Assembly (NCBI GenBank): GCA_050230475.1
Contig: JBFLGF010000011.1
Span: 62,001 to 118,811 of the forward strand
Length of the DNA: 56,811 nucleotides
Origin: Ancylonema sp.
Lineage: Eukaryota
Reading direction: 5' to 3'
Made by a program: the position numbers and the translations under genes. This document shows positions 40,591 through 53,714 of the stretch, piece after piece. The stretch's first letter is position 1, and each line of letters opens with the position of its first letter. Under the pieces are notes generated by a model. The model was not told the origin of the DNA and did no database searches. It saw only the letters and a list, made by a program, of their open reading frames with translations.

Positions 40591-42199
40591 GTTGTATGTG
40601 ACTTCCGAACAAAGTTGAAAAAAAGTTATTACTCGCCAAAGACTGAGATGCACTTGATGTTAAGCACGGGGAGGTTTTGAAAACAGCGTACAGATCAATC
40701 AAGAGTTGCTAGTTGCAGAATTTCATAGCACGCGACAATTAATGGCAATACAACTCAGGGCAAATAGCCGTAGAATTTTTACAGATGTTTTTGCCAAAAA
40801 TGGGATTGACACGATGCTTCAATTAATGCACACAATGAATCAAACGTTGTGGTGAATGAAACGATTCGCTTGGCATGGAACGAGTTCATACAATTCAACG
40901 CGTGAACTTGTCTAGCTTAGCGTGCACCAAACGGTGCACAAAAACGTCTAGTAATCACTTCTTGCGACAGTTGCAAAGGTAACGACAATTTTGATCATGA
41001 AAGAATTCACAACGATGCGTGTTCAAAACGGCACAAGGCTTTGATTCACTTGTGATGAGGCAAAATGCACAAGCAAGCGGGCAAACCATAGGAACTTACG
41101 TTTGATAAAACAACGTGAAGCTTGCAAGGAAGTGCAGAGAATGGCGAAGGCGAAGCGGCACACTTGGCAACGATAGGAAACGATTTCAGAGTCCACAAAA
41201 TCATAGAGATTGGAAGGTGATGACGATTGCAAAGACCGACTGACAGACTAAGACTAAACTAAGACTTGTTGAAATTCAAACAACGTAAACTGACAGCGGA
41301 AGCTGGCAGTTATAATAGAGAATTTTCGCTTTAAAACAATCGACGCGGCTTTTCGCAAACGGCACTTTCTAGATCCTATCTTGATATATGGCTGAAATCA
41401 AATATCGAGTAAATAAGAATTTATGACTGTTTATTTTAGAGTCTTATCTTGTACACGTGCGACAACTCACTGGACAGGCCTCCAGACTTGAGTTACCTCA
41501 CCGCGCGAATTACTCGTCGATACGAAAAAATATTCAGAATCAACGTCACAAAAGTCGCATACCGATTTTTGTAAGCATACTGATAATGCAAAAATTATCA
41601 ACTCATACGTCCGACTGGTAGAATCTCTTATAACGACAGAGTTCGCTATCACGACCAAATATCGACCAATATCCAAATCGCATTTTTTAAGCCGCCATGA
41701 GCTGATTGTTGTCGAATGTTTTTTGCCAAACAATTGTACCGCGATAGATATTACTCTTGAGTTCGAGAGCATTGATGCATAACGATTCCAGATAATGAAT
41801 TTGCCACTTAGATGAGCTCATTGACCCATGTGGGATAGTCGTGGGGTGTAGTGCAAGTGTAAAACATGTAAGTTGGTGTAACATTTTGGTGAAGATGGCT
41901 ATGCTTGATCAAAGACACGAGGTTGTACAAAATCGCAACACGAGGCTCATGGATGCACATAACAGATTTTTCGTCGCGCATTGTTCGCGTGTGTGCTATC
42001 ACATATGATAATGACAGGCCTTTCGCGTTAAATGAGAGCAAGGATTTCCGCTTTGCTTATGTAAGTCAAGGCGATGAGGAAGGCGAGTGTCGAAGCCGTC
42101 CAATGCGCTATCCAGGAGTAGATCCGGGAATAGGACTTCAATCATGTGTCGGCACAAGGAACGTGCCTCCGGATCTTAGGTTCGAATCATCTCGACATT

Positions 42200-42555
42200 A
42201 GTTTGTGTGTCCGTTTGTTATGCCATATTGAAGGTTGTTGGTGATAATCTTGTAGTTTATTTCGAATCACGAAATGTGCTCTAAGGATTTGGATTACATT
42301 GGTTTGTTAGAATGTATAAAAATTTGTGTATTTTGCGGTGGAAACTTCGTAACTAATACGGTTCTCTACAAAAAAGTATTTGTGTGTCTTGCCTTCCAAA
42401 AATTGTCAATATTGTTCATAACTAACCACTGTGTCTATGTTCAACCAAATACGCAAGTTCTTCGTTGCTTCGGAGGACCTTAATACTACCCCAACTTTCT
42501 CCGTAAAGTTGTTTGATTATTTTTTGCTAGTCGCCATGTATTGGTCTTATTACCT
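42200..42555 (+). mobile_element. Internal fragment of MITE family A
   Basis: GTCCGTTTGTTATGCCATATTGAAG and TCGCCATGTATTGGTC also occur at ~43291 and ~43629. Confidence 0.65.
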
Positions 42556-42945
42556 ACGACGCGCTTTCGGAGGCTAGCGACCGGTTCGTGGTGGGGTGTG
42601 CCCATCGAGTGGTGGAGAAGGGCACGGGTCGGGGCACCAACCTAGATGGTTAGTGTTAAGGGATCGTCAACGTGTTTCGGTTGCATTGCAGCGGTCTTTA
42701 GCACATGTTATCCATGCTAAAAACATTGAAGTTCAAGCAGGGTATATCTTTCTTGCCCCCCCCCCCCCGCGCGCGCGTTGATTACGGCGGCACAATTACG
42801 CGTGGTAGTTGGGATCCCCTAGAATGTGCGGAACTTTGGTTTTGTATACATTGCCCTCCTAGGCATTTTCAGGTTTTTGGGTTTCTTCGTTGTAGTTAGG
42901 GTTCCCATCGTAATCCTTTATACCTCTTTCTCTCAATTTTTTTTT
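42555..42945 (+). mobile_element. Second 3' fragment of the CRE-like non-LTR family
   Basis: YDALSEASDRFVVGCAHR and RQRVSVALQRSLAHVIHA...PPPP, plus the shared 3' UTR motif GGGGTTCCCATCG, all match 27020-28220. Confidence 0.8.
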
Positions 42946-43028
42946 TGCAAAATAGTTTCATGTGGCGAAGAGTTTCTTATGACGAAGTTTCTCATATCAA
43001 GGTTTGATTGTGGAAGGACACCTCGATG

Positions 43029-43928
43029 TAGTGCTCCCTCGATATAACGACCCTCTTTGTAAAGACAACCTCGATATAAGGACAGTATTTTTAAACTTTT
43101 TTTAAAATCAATATGAAACCACCCTCGATGTAAGCATAACGACATTCTTAAAAAAATAAATAAAAAAATGAATGTCCTTCTTTTGTGTTTCTTGATAACG
43201 ATATCACGAAATCGAGAACAATCTAGAATCCTCATGAACGACACTTCAAATTCTCTTATGAACGTACTCGAGAACGTAGAACGTATTCGAGTCCGTTTGT
43301 TATGCCATATTGAAGTTGTTGGTGACAATTGTTCAATCTATTTCCAATCGTTTAATTATACACGAAGGATTTGTACTCTTTCGGTATGTTGGAATGTATA
43401 AACATGTGTATTTTGTTTGCGATTCACGATTCGGAAATAGGGAAGTTATCTTTATTACAAGTATCGATGTTCCTTGCCTACTAAAAGAAATGTTCATGTT
43501 GTTCATTGTTCCGCCGTCCATTGTGTTTACTCCATGTCCAACACAAGATGCGAGTATTTGGTCGCTTCGTACCGCATCGAAACTTCCCCAACCCTCCTCG
43601 TAAACTTTTTTTAAATATAATTTGCTAATCGCCATGTATTGGTCTCATTACGCACTTGTATAGCTTGTATTACAACACACGAGTTGAATTGGATGATGAT
43701 GCCAAGGCAACATACTTTAGACAACATTTGCTCATTCACTTTGCATCATTCGCGAAGTCCCTCGATACACATTTTAAATTCTAGTAGTGAATGTTTGTGT
43801 ATAGTGTATTAAAACACCTCGATATGAGGACAATTATTTTGTTACTTTTTATGTCCTAATATCGAGGGAGCACAGTATAAGGACAGTTGTTATGGGCTTT
43901 CTTCTGTCCTTATATCGAGGGAGCACTG
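43029..43928. mobile_element. Tc1/mariner/pogo-type MITE family A, longer copy with a duplicated right end
   Basis: Left (T)AGTGCTCCCTCGATATAACGAC and right TTATATCGAGGGAGCACTG-TA. An extra right-TIR copy sits at ~43859-43876. Confidence 0.88.
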
Positions 43929-44133
43929 TACAGGCGTTTTACCTCACCTGCCCTCACAGCCGTCCCCGAGGACTTGCGCGGGATCAACTTCGCATTCCGG
44001 TCTTATATTGTTGTACTGCGTGTCGGAGATATTAAGGAGAAGCAAGAATTAGAAGCTGTAATTTAGTACCCCCGTGTTAGGATGAGCCACAGTTCTCGTG
44101 CACAAAAAGTTTATTGTGAATGATACGAATGCG

Positions 44134-47100
44134 ATGGCTCTAGTTTTAAGTGAACACGTAAGTGAGGGTAGTAAACAAGACGGGAATATTCCTGAATCCG
44201 CATTTGTGGCGGTTGGAGACTATATTGGAGTGGACGAACAAGCTGGTTTCCTCAGGTATACTGCTACTTCTTTTACAGGTCGAATTTAGCTCGTCGACCG
44301 AATTTATCTGAACGGGGCTCAGTTATGTCTGATTCTCTTAGCCCCTGCTACTTGACTGGTGCCTGATCGTTATGCTTGTCCTGAGAGTTTCAGGGGTCAT
44401 GGAACGCAGCTCACACACGATGGAAAGCTCACTGCTACCGTCTGTGGAGTTGTTGAGAGAGTTAACAAACTTATCTCTGTCAGGCCCTTCAAAAGTAGGT
44501 GAGCGATCGGGTCCGATGCTCACTGTCGGGTGAAGTGACCCTTGTTGGTTCTGCGAAATATTATTCTTGTCGATTCTGAGCTACGTAAGGATCAAAGATG
44601 TCATGTCAAGAAGCTGCAAGTAGGTATATCCAAAGTTCAGATTGATATGGAATGGGAAATCTGTCTTCAACGTATTGTCGATGTGGCTTTGAAGGAGGAC
44701 GTGCCGTTCTTGTATGAAAGCAGCATTGAACGCATGGTCTGTTCCATATTCCTGTTTCACATATTCCTTTGTGACGTTCAATTCCCTCTTCCATGTTTAT
44801 TGTTGATGTCATTGCAGATACACCCCTGAGACGGGGGATGTGGTTGTGGGCAGAGTAACAGAGGTGACAGCCTTTTTGAAATTGCCAGCCTCTCCTCCCT
44901 TCAGCTATCTCCTCGTCGAAATCATTTACTCTTATTTAAAGCTCAAAGCTTTCACACTTCTGAATTCGAAAATGCTGCTCTGTTGGATGACTGAGCAATA
45001 CTCTGATCACAGAGTATTGATCCCAGCCGGCATTATTACTCCCAGCTGCGCATGTTGTTGTCCAGCTGGCTCGTTTGGCTGTTCAGCTGTTCTGACCTGG
45101 GTACGAGACTAGAGTGGTAGTGTAGGCAGTTCTCAAGAACCCTCACTATTTGAACAGGGGAGCAGGTGCTAACACTGCTGTCTTCTCAACTCGGAAGGTG
45201 GCAGAGAAGAAATGGAAAATTGACATCAATGCTCCCCAAGGAGCCCAACTGATGCTCTCTGCAGTCAACCTCCCAGGGGGGATTCAGGTGAGGAAATAAA
45301 GGGGCGGAAAGAAAGGGGCGGTTTAACCAACCATCAGCGGTCAAGGCACGGTTATCTCGACTCGTGCTTACCTTCAATACTGGAATACACGTGCATCATT
45401 CAGATCTGTAAGGGTTGAGAGGGTTGCAAGGGTTCAAACTGTGAATCAGAGCTCCGCCCAAAAAGCTCATGACTGGGCGTTCTGAAAAAAATGAATGACA
45501 GTAAGCATAGGTGTAGCTTGTTGCTCATCTCCCTTTTTCTAAGATTACTTGCATAAACCTTCAGAAAGTGCGCAGTTCAACTTCTTAGTCAGCCAGCCTG
45601 TTTCCTTTTGTGCAGAGGAGACGAACAGCTGTGGATGAATTGAACATGCGATCCATGTATACGGAAGGGGACTTGCTAAGTGTAAGACTCCAGTCCCTAT
45701 GTCGTCATCGCAGATTTCTACCTTCTCCCTCGATTCATTGTTAACTGATATAAGTCAGCTAAGTACTCAGTATAACCTGTCTAAAGGATTACTGTCTAAA
45801 GGAATAACCTGTCTAAAGGAAAAGAAAATGTTCCCCCCGACGTTGGGGGAGTGTAATTATTCCAAAACCTGCATAACTGTCTAAAGGATACTTTTCTAGC
45901 CCCCCGTGATACGTGTAAAGGAATGAAGTACAGAATCCGTACATTTTCTGACAGATTTGTGTTCATCCGTACCGGATTCGTATCTCCCAGGTTGTGGGAA
46001 GGAACGATAAAACACGCAAAATGACAAAATATGGCCCGTGCAATATTTGCCGGGTGGTATCAGTGCCTTCCACGTGCACATTTATGGTTGGAAATGATAA
46101 ATTTGGCACCTAATATCTCCCAGATTGTGGGAATTTACTCAAGACACGCTACGCGTCAAAATGTTGCCTCTGTGAAACGGAAAAACACGTTTAAACGGAT
46201 TCTGAGCTGGATATTGGCTCGTTTCCGGTCGTAGGAACATAGGAACGGGTTTCACGACATTTACAACCAAAACTGTCATAAGTGCATAACCTGTCTAAAG
46301 GAATATTTTTTATCCTCCCCGACAGTATTCCTTTAGACAGGTTATACTGTATTTCTACTATTACTGCCGTTACTACTCCTACAACTGCAACTACTATTAC
46401 TACTACTTGTTACTACCATTAGGCGTGATATTCACAAAGATATTGGTACAGCAGCGTCCCTGCTTTTGTGCAGCCGTAATCATATCTCATTTTATATCTC
46501 ATCTTGATGTGCTCTGAAAAGTCAACAAAGCCACAAACAGCAGTTGACTTGTCTGGACCACTTCCATTGTTGCTGATTTCAGGCTGAGATTCAAAGCTCT
46601 CATCAGGATGGGTCTGCCACCATTCACACCAGAAGTGTAAAATATGGCAAGGTAGGCACGGATTCTGGATCACGTAGTCTGACGCGTGCCCTCCTGTCAA
46701 CACCAACCCCTCTGCGGGGAGCTATATACTTTTCTATATGTGACCTCTGTCTGTTTTTTTTTTTTTTTTTTTAAAGTTTGATTTGAAAAGTTAACTTCAA
46801 AACCTCCTCTCAGCCTCCGTCCTGCTCATATTCTTCTTTCTCTGTTGACAGCTGGCGGACGGCCAGCTGGTGCAAGTGCCTCCCTACCTGATCAAAAGGA
46901 TGAAGCAGCACTTCACAGAGTTGAAATCTTTTGGTGTCCTTGTCATCCTCGGATGCAATGGGTATGCGTGGATTGGGGCCCCACCTCCCCCTCCACCTGA
47001 CGAGAATGGAACCGAGCCAATGGAGGATGAGGCGAATGGTGTGGTGCCACCTGGCAGCAATGGGGCCAATGATGACATGGAATCCCAAAGGCACCAGCCG

Positions 47101-47331
47101 GTGTCATTGCCTTGTAGGGAAAAGATTTGCAGGTGTGCAATGGCAATTAGGGCTCTAGGTCGTGCAGGATTCCCAATATTTCCTGGCGCAATCGAAGAAA
47201 CATATAATTTGAGTGTTAGAGGTGGAGTGAATATGCCGGACATGGTGGGTGATGATTTTGTGGAGCGCCTCATCGCAGTGGAAATAGAGAGAAGAGATAG
47301 AGAGGAGGGCTCTACTCCAATGGACATGTGA
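44134..47331 (+). CDS. RRP4: Exosome complex component RRP4 (EXOSC2). Seven exons: ~44134-44255, 44394-44498, 44818-44863, 45198-45287, 45616-45681, 46583-46651, 46852-47331
   Basis: GFLR|GHGT...ATVCGVVERVNKLISVRP..R|YTPETGDVVVGRVTE|VAEKKWKIDIN...LMLSAVNLPGGIQ|RRRTAVDELNMR...|AEIQ..HQDG...HTRSVKYGK|L..GQLVQVPPYLIKRMKQHF...ILGCNGYAWIG. All junctions are GT-AG. Confidence 0.95.
45768..46349. mobile_element. Tc1/mariner-type MITE in RRP4 intron 5
   Basis: TIRs CAGTATAACCTGTCTAAAGGA / TCCTTTAGACAGGTTATACTG followed by TA, with repeated internal CTGTCTAAAGGA motifs. Confidence 0.88.
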
Positions 47332-47997
47332 GGAGAAGAAGTGCCAGAAGTCAAAATGTGGACGACAAAATATTCGTGGCTCCAACATGATGTGGCATTT
47401 GGAATCATATTATTGGGTTAGAATGTGACATTCGCCATATCGGTGTATAAAGTCATCTCTCCCATCGCGTCCTACACACCAATATCAAGCGTTTGCCACT
47501 TCCACTTCTAATCATGAAGTGAGCACCCGAATCTTAAAACTAACAATTTTGTGCCTTATATCATGAATTACAATCCCTTCCTATCAATGCTGTTTCAGAA
47601 GAAAATTTACCAAGATCAGCATCGTGGATTGTAATGCTCTTGTCCGGGAAGTGTGGCGCATTTGGGGCCAACAATTCTTTAAAAAAAAAAAAAAACTATG
47701 TGTTATTTAGACATAGGCCTTTTCTTGTGGCAAGGGTCCGGGTCCGGGATGTGCCCCGGATGAATCCGAGCCCAAACATGTTCGAGTTCGGACGTGTCCG
47801 AAGATCCCTCGGCATGTGTGGGGACTCAAAAAACGTGGTGAAGTAAGGAGTTGTGCTAGGTATTGGATTTGAGCCGAATGTTCCCGAGAATAAGCACTTG
47901 CAAATTTTGTGGCTCGTCAATCCTCACTAACATCCTAATGAATGATCCTGGTCTACCTGCTCGCCGTGCACAGTAAAGAATCACCAAAAAAAAAGAG

Positions 47998-48030
<33 letters not shown>

Positions 48031-48393
48031 ACCCGAACTGGATAGGGAATGAAATTTTGGTTTTGTAGCAAGTGTGGTGAAGCACTTGTGAGCCACCCAA
48101 CTAAGGTCAACAATTTTATTGCAACTAACCGCCAAGGACATGAATAAACTTATGCCTCAAGGCATTGAACGCCCTATTTCGTATCGCAACAAATGCGGCA
48201 AAAACCCTAAAATCGATTGTGTATCCACTGTGTTCAAATATCAGATGTCAACACAATGTTAATCATCATCAAGTGTTTTCAATGTAGTGGGTGAGAAACA
48301 TTTCCCACTTGCAAATGGCGTGATACGTTTTGTCTAGACAACAACATAAGGTACAACCGCCACCTAAGAACATTTTAATCTAGATTCCTTTTA

Positions 48394-48622
48394 CCGTAGT
48401 GGCCATACATAATGACCCGGGTTTTAAGAAACGAACTAAAAAATCACCACTTGACCCAACCCGCGCACCCAATATAAAATTTCTAAAAATCCTGAAAAAT
48501 ATTTAGTATCTGGTGACCCACATTATAGAATGACCCACTTTTTTGAAAAATTGAATTATTTAATTTGACCCGACCCACCCTATTCATAATTATTTGCGGG
48601 TCATTATGTGTGGCCAGTACGG
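48394..48622. mobile_element. Small Tc1/mariner-type MITE (229 bp)
   Basis: TA-CCGTAGTGGCCATACATAATGACCC ... GGGTCATTATGTGTGGCCAGTACGG-TA. Confidence 0.9.
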
Positions 48623-49399
48623 TATACCACAATTTTTACCATGGAAGCGCAACACGCCATTGAAACAAACATGATGCATATGTGACGCCAAACGTCGTTT
48701 GCTTGTTTACATCACATTTAAACCACGCGTTCGTTTCATCATTGAGTGACTCCAACGGAGGCTAAGGAACACAATTCATGTTGGCATACAAGAATCACCA
48801 CCCATGTCCTGTTCTATAAGTGCATTTTCTTAGCGATCTCCCGCACCATACTCCTCAACCCCATCCATGCTTATTTTTACAACCGTACAAGCTATTTATT
48901 TACATGTTGTAATGTCAACATATCAATATTTGCCACCTCTGACTATGCTATCCAACCCCAGAAACCCTTCCAAGCTGTCGGCTTCGTTGACACCGAAATC
49001 TGCCTACCTTGTAAGCGCTTGCGGCTCCGATTCATTGCCATTGGCGTCATGAGAAGGCATCAAACCCGCCGTCTTCATCTCTTCCCTCCTCCCCTACTCC
49101 TTATCACAACACCGTTATCCAAAAAAACTCTTCCCTTGTGCCCTTGAATCGTACCTCCCACCTACTACCTTCCACCAACTAGCTTCACTCCTATCATCGC
49201 TTTTCGTAACCCATCACCCCCCATTGCTCCACTTCACAAATGGTACCGTATCCAATTCGCCACCGCCTTCCACCCCTGTAACTTTATTGTCACCTTTTCT
49301 CACACACTCTAAAACATGAGTAACTTTGAACTTGCAAATTCGGATTGAGGGACTTGAGCGTATTTGCTTCCAAATGCAATAAGTCAATCATTATTATTG

Positions 49400-51075
49400 C
49401 TGCATGGTCCATGTTCAACGACACACACACAACATCACACAAGCCATAACAATAACCAAGTCCTAAGGCACCAGCTTTTTCCTCTACCTGCTTTGACACT
49501 TCAGGATTGTCCCATTCCTCGCCTCTGCATCTCGCTGAAAACACGTCAACAAGGCCTTCCAGACAGGTGGCTCATACGGATTGCCAGTATCCAGCGGGTT
49601 GGGGTACTTCCATTTGCATCCACTACGCAACCAATGGACAACGGAGACATCTCCGCTCTTTGTTTGCGTTGATAGACGCTCCAGTATTCGCTGCGTGAGG
49701 GCTGCGTTCAGTAGCGACTCAAATTCGGGGTGGTGCAGATGCATCTTCGTGCCCTTGCTCTGGGCGACCTGGTTGAAACGGATGTGGATGTGCTCTGCAG
49801 TTGGTTCTCCATCAGGCTATCCATTGTAACCTGTAACAGCTTTCGATGTTCATCTTTGATCTGAACGTAGCTCCCTCTGCAAACCTGTGAAGAGTGAACT
49901 TCATATTGCAGATGGCGTGAAAAATCCGCAGTAGGTTCAGCAGGACCTGGATTTCGCGCTTGCTGACGTGATGGTTCTAGTGTTGAATGTGTCGCTGCCA
50001 TGGGATCTGATAATCTGTTCGGACCTCGCCTTGATGGTTCTAGTGTTGAATGTGTTGCTACCATGGGATCTGATAAACACGTTCGGACCTCGCCTAAACT
50101 CGGAACTTGAACCAGAAGGTCTATTCAGCTGTCTCTGGTCAAGGGACTTGTTACTAGAATGGTCACTGAAATGGTCACTACTCTGGTGGCTCAAGGTGCG
50201 ATCGTGACTTACTAAGCCTGTTGGAGTAGGAACGGGTACTTGCTCTATTTGCTGGCCGTTAGTAGGTAATAGTGCAACGTCAGACTGCTGTAAGATTACA
50301 AACTTTCCCCTCGCAAGACGTCCCCACTCCCAAATGGTGCTTGCAGCCCCAGTAAGACTGCGGCTCGCTCTAACACCTGATGGCGCAGCCAAAAGTACGC
50401 TATACCGCCGGTTCTTGAGTGTATGAAGGGCATTGGAGAAGTCACGGTCCCCGGAAATGAGAAACAGTATCGCAGGAGGGTTGTCCATGGCCCATACAAG
50501 AATGTGGACGATGATAGCTTTGTCCGCAGCTTCTTTCCTATCTGCAAGTTTGGACGATAAGGACGGAATGGATCAGAGAGGGAAGGTAGAGAAAGGCAAA
50601 ATCTACCTGGTATACTGTCAATTAGAAAGATCGGTTTGGCACCGGACGGCCAGACGGCCACACATGGTGTTTAGATACTGATACGACGAGCCTCAAAGAA
50701 CATGAAACTCTACATGAATTAGAAATACCGGCCTCGTACAAGATCCAATATGAATTCAGATCCAGATAGGCAGCAAGTATGCTAGTTAAAGTTTACGGAT
50801 GTCTACGCAAGCCAGCAGCTCTTCTATGTTGCTTTCACTACATTCTACCTACCATTCGGGACGTTCTTGAAATAGATGTTGGTCTCGGCCAAAGCTTCCT
50901 GAATGCTTTTTGAATGCTTTTGCACGTCGCCGTACGTAGACAGCGTGATTGGGCCATGCAGATGTATGCTAGCCAGAGCGTTTCGGATATGCTCCGAAAT
51001 CTGATTTGGTGCAACGCAATTTGGCACTGCGCAGTTTTCGATGTCCCACAGGACGATAATGCGGTGCCTATTCAT
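49400..51075 (-). pseudogene. NYN-domain (limkain-b1/MARF1-like) ribonuclease gene with a lesioned 3' half. Exon 1 51075-50853; exon 2 from 50541
   Basis: VLWDIENCAVP, TYGD, D|RKEAADKAI, LISGDRDFSNALHTLK.RRYSVLLA, WEW. The C-terminal part (LM-PTAEHI...W.YPNP...Y...W...CQSR*) resembles the tail of plant NYN proteins but needs frameshifts at ~50075 and ~49805 and has a stop at 49484. Confidence 0.8.
49970..50094. repeat. 63 bp tandem duplication inside the NYN gene
   Basis: GATGGTTCTAGTGTTGAATGTGT.GCT.CCATGGGATCTGATAA....GTTCGGACCTCGCCT twice; the right copy is 1 nt longer. Confidence 0.92.
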
Positions 51076-52699
51076 AACGTGTTCCTTACAGGGATTTCTG
51101 TTCAGCGCATTCGAACATTCTCCCTTTCAAGCGCATCCATTATGGAGCGAGCCACAGTCGTCGCACTAACAAATACCAGCTGGTCTAGTAGAGAAATCAG
51201 CAGTAACCAACAACTATGGCTCGCAGGCCATGGAAGGCCAACTATAGAAAATGCGCGAGAGGGCCAATTCAGGAATAACTCGACGGGAATTACAAAACTC
51301 TGTCGCTCTGAAATCTGTTGAAGGTGTCTTCCCAAAGCAACCGGCGACGCATTGAGGCTATTTTCCTATTTTCCTTCTGTCCTTCCCGAGACATCCACCA
51401 TTGGTTTTTCCGAAACAGTCCAGCGCGACACGTCTGCCGTCTCCATCTCAGAAATTGGCCGCGAAGATCTGGATCGCTTTTCGCCCTGCAAGAGCCGTGT
51501 GCCGTTATCCCCTGGATATCTGGGGCTCCACAGGATCCTGTCGTGACACGTGCGTGCACAATGCCTATGAGTTTTTGACGCGGTGTGTTGAGGATGTGCA
51601 TGCCCGACAAGTAGTCCAGCACTCACTCGTGCGTGCGGAGTGCGTGGGAAAAAACTGCATACAAGTAAACCCTTGATAGTGACATTAGGCCTTTTCAGAT
51701 ATTCGCTACTCGGTTTTCCGTGCGAACCGGCCACGGGTGCCAAAAATCCGTCAGTTTTCGGGAGGAAAACGACAGCGCGTTGTTTGAGTTACTTTCTATC
51801 GTTTTCACGATACTTTGGTGCATCGTTACTTTTTGTCTACAAAATGAACACCCAAAAACTTCAAAACTGAAAGTAATGCGTCACTTTCGTCCCCGCGTTA
51901 CTTCGAGTTTTCCGACGGTTTGACATCGAGTGTGGGAGGATACAAAAAGTTACATGATATGGATCAAACTTCGTTCATAGTTTGCCACGCTGCCTGACTA
52001 TCATTCCGTCCGTTTGATTTGGATACGGGTGGTCATCCTCTCTCGTCTCCCACGTTTTGGTGCATTCCATCCTGTGAGAAACTAGAACTCTGTACAATAA
52101 GTAGAATTTGGGTTGTGTCGATGTGTAGGTTGTGTAGATGATAACTCAAGGATAATTTGAGTGAAAGAATTAGTTGATTTGGAGTTGTGGTTAGAAAGAT
52201 ATGGATCTTACACGCATTACGTTCTGAGTGCAAATTAGGGGTACAGACGGTAACCCGTCAGAACTTTGAATTGATGGACACGCGTCATGCGTGGTCCGAA
52301 TCGAGTGATTTTAATTGTTTTGTGTTTCATTTAGGATGATACACGTGTTGAAAACAGTTGGTGATTTTTTCACATTTGTAAGGATTGACAGATAACGTGT
52401 CGACTTTACAAGACACTAGGTGTGAGATAGTGACACATAAGTGATACGTGGGTATGCTTAGAGGTCAGGGGCTGACAATCCCAGAAGTTGCATCAGTTAG
52501 GATTTGCGTTGGTTTGTACTAAGACACTCGAGTCTGAACTTTCTATCATCTTTTTGAAGAATAATTTCTTGCAAGGAGACCATGATGAATTGATATATGA
52601 ATTCTGAATTTGCACTTGTTGAATACTTTGCTTTTATATAAAGGAGAGTAGTGCACGTTCAATATGCAATACATCCTGACATAATTACCACCGGACAGA

Positions 52700-53460
52700 T
52701 ATCGTTCCCGCTAGAGGAAGCGACTCTGGCTCGTGCTTCATATTTACAACTACATCGCATTCGCGTAGTCCACATGAGGCCAGTAGTGGTACAAAAACAT
52801 GCTAGATAGAAGTTACTAACTAGTGATGTCGTATGCTGTTGCGATAAACACCAATAACCCTTATGTTCCTGCCTTCATTGCTATGTTGTCAGATATACAA
52901 TAATATAATGACATCCTCGCCTGTTGTACATACATGTAATGTCCAACCAAGCATCACATACCGGTGGCCATCCTCTCCCGCCTATAATAATAATATTTTT
53001 TTCGTTGCACTCACTAAAGTCAGAATTCCATTTTAAGAGAGTTTGTTCCCGCTAGAGGAGGGGGTCTCTTATCTTTGCCGATCAGCAATCATTACATCAG
53101 ATTCGCGTATTGTAGGTAATCTTCACAAATCTGTAGACATATATTTCTGAATGATGTCAGTATCGAAGTTAATGTATGTGTCATAATGTAGATTTTTGTT
53201 AAAATTGTGTTTTGAGAATGTAAGATTAGTACCGTTGTCGGAAATCTATCAGCTCGCGTTGTTTTACCACCGATTACCGCTATGTTTCCGTCTTCAGTAC
53301 TGTCTTGTCAGATTTTCACTAACACTAAAATCTTTGTCGCTCTACACATATCTGATGTAGACCCAAGCACAACATACCGGTGACCAATCGTGGTCATCTT
53401 CGCGTGGTGTACACATATATTATATACAACTAAGCATCACATACCGGTGTCATCCTCTCG
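52700..53460. repeat. Degenerate direct repeats, ~340 bp period
   Basis: GTTCCCGCTAGAGGA at ~52704 and ~53045; ACATACCGGTG at ~52956, ~53372 and ~53439. Confidence 0.65.
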
Positions 53461-53714
53461 AGCCTTTCTTGTTTTCGCTAAGATTGAATGCTTCGCTATG
53501 CTACGCTGCCACACGCTGCGCTGCTCTGTGCTGAAACTTTCATTGCTGAGATGTACTGTGCAAGACCGAACAATGCTGCGATCTACTACGATACTAAAAG
53601 CCGCTCCGCGCTGTGCACTTTATGGCTCTCTTTAACCTCTCCGTACGTGTGTCTATACTTTCACCGCTATGTAATTTTTGTACCTTTCTACATCACGATT
53701 GTTTTGAGCTAATT

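Noticed and set aside
42150..42200. B-box-like GGTTCGAATC (also GGTTCGAGTC at ~3124) as tRNA or SINE
   Set aside because: I could build no cloverleaf and found no correctly spaced A-box.
47986..48028. Poly-A tract as a retroposon tail (also 14734-14752 and 7742-7769)
   Set aside because: No TSD or recognisable SINE/LINE body upstream.
53111..53116. TGTAGG as the distal end of the Copia 3' LTR
   Set aside because: It falls inside the ~340 bp degenerate repeat block and no TSD can be tested.
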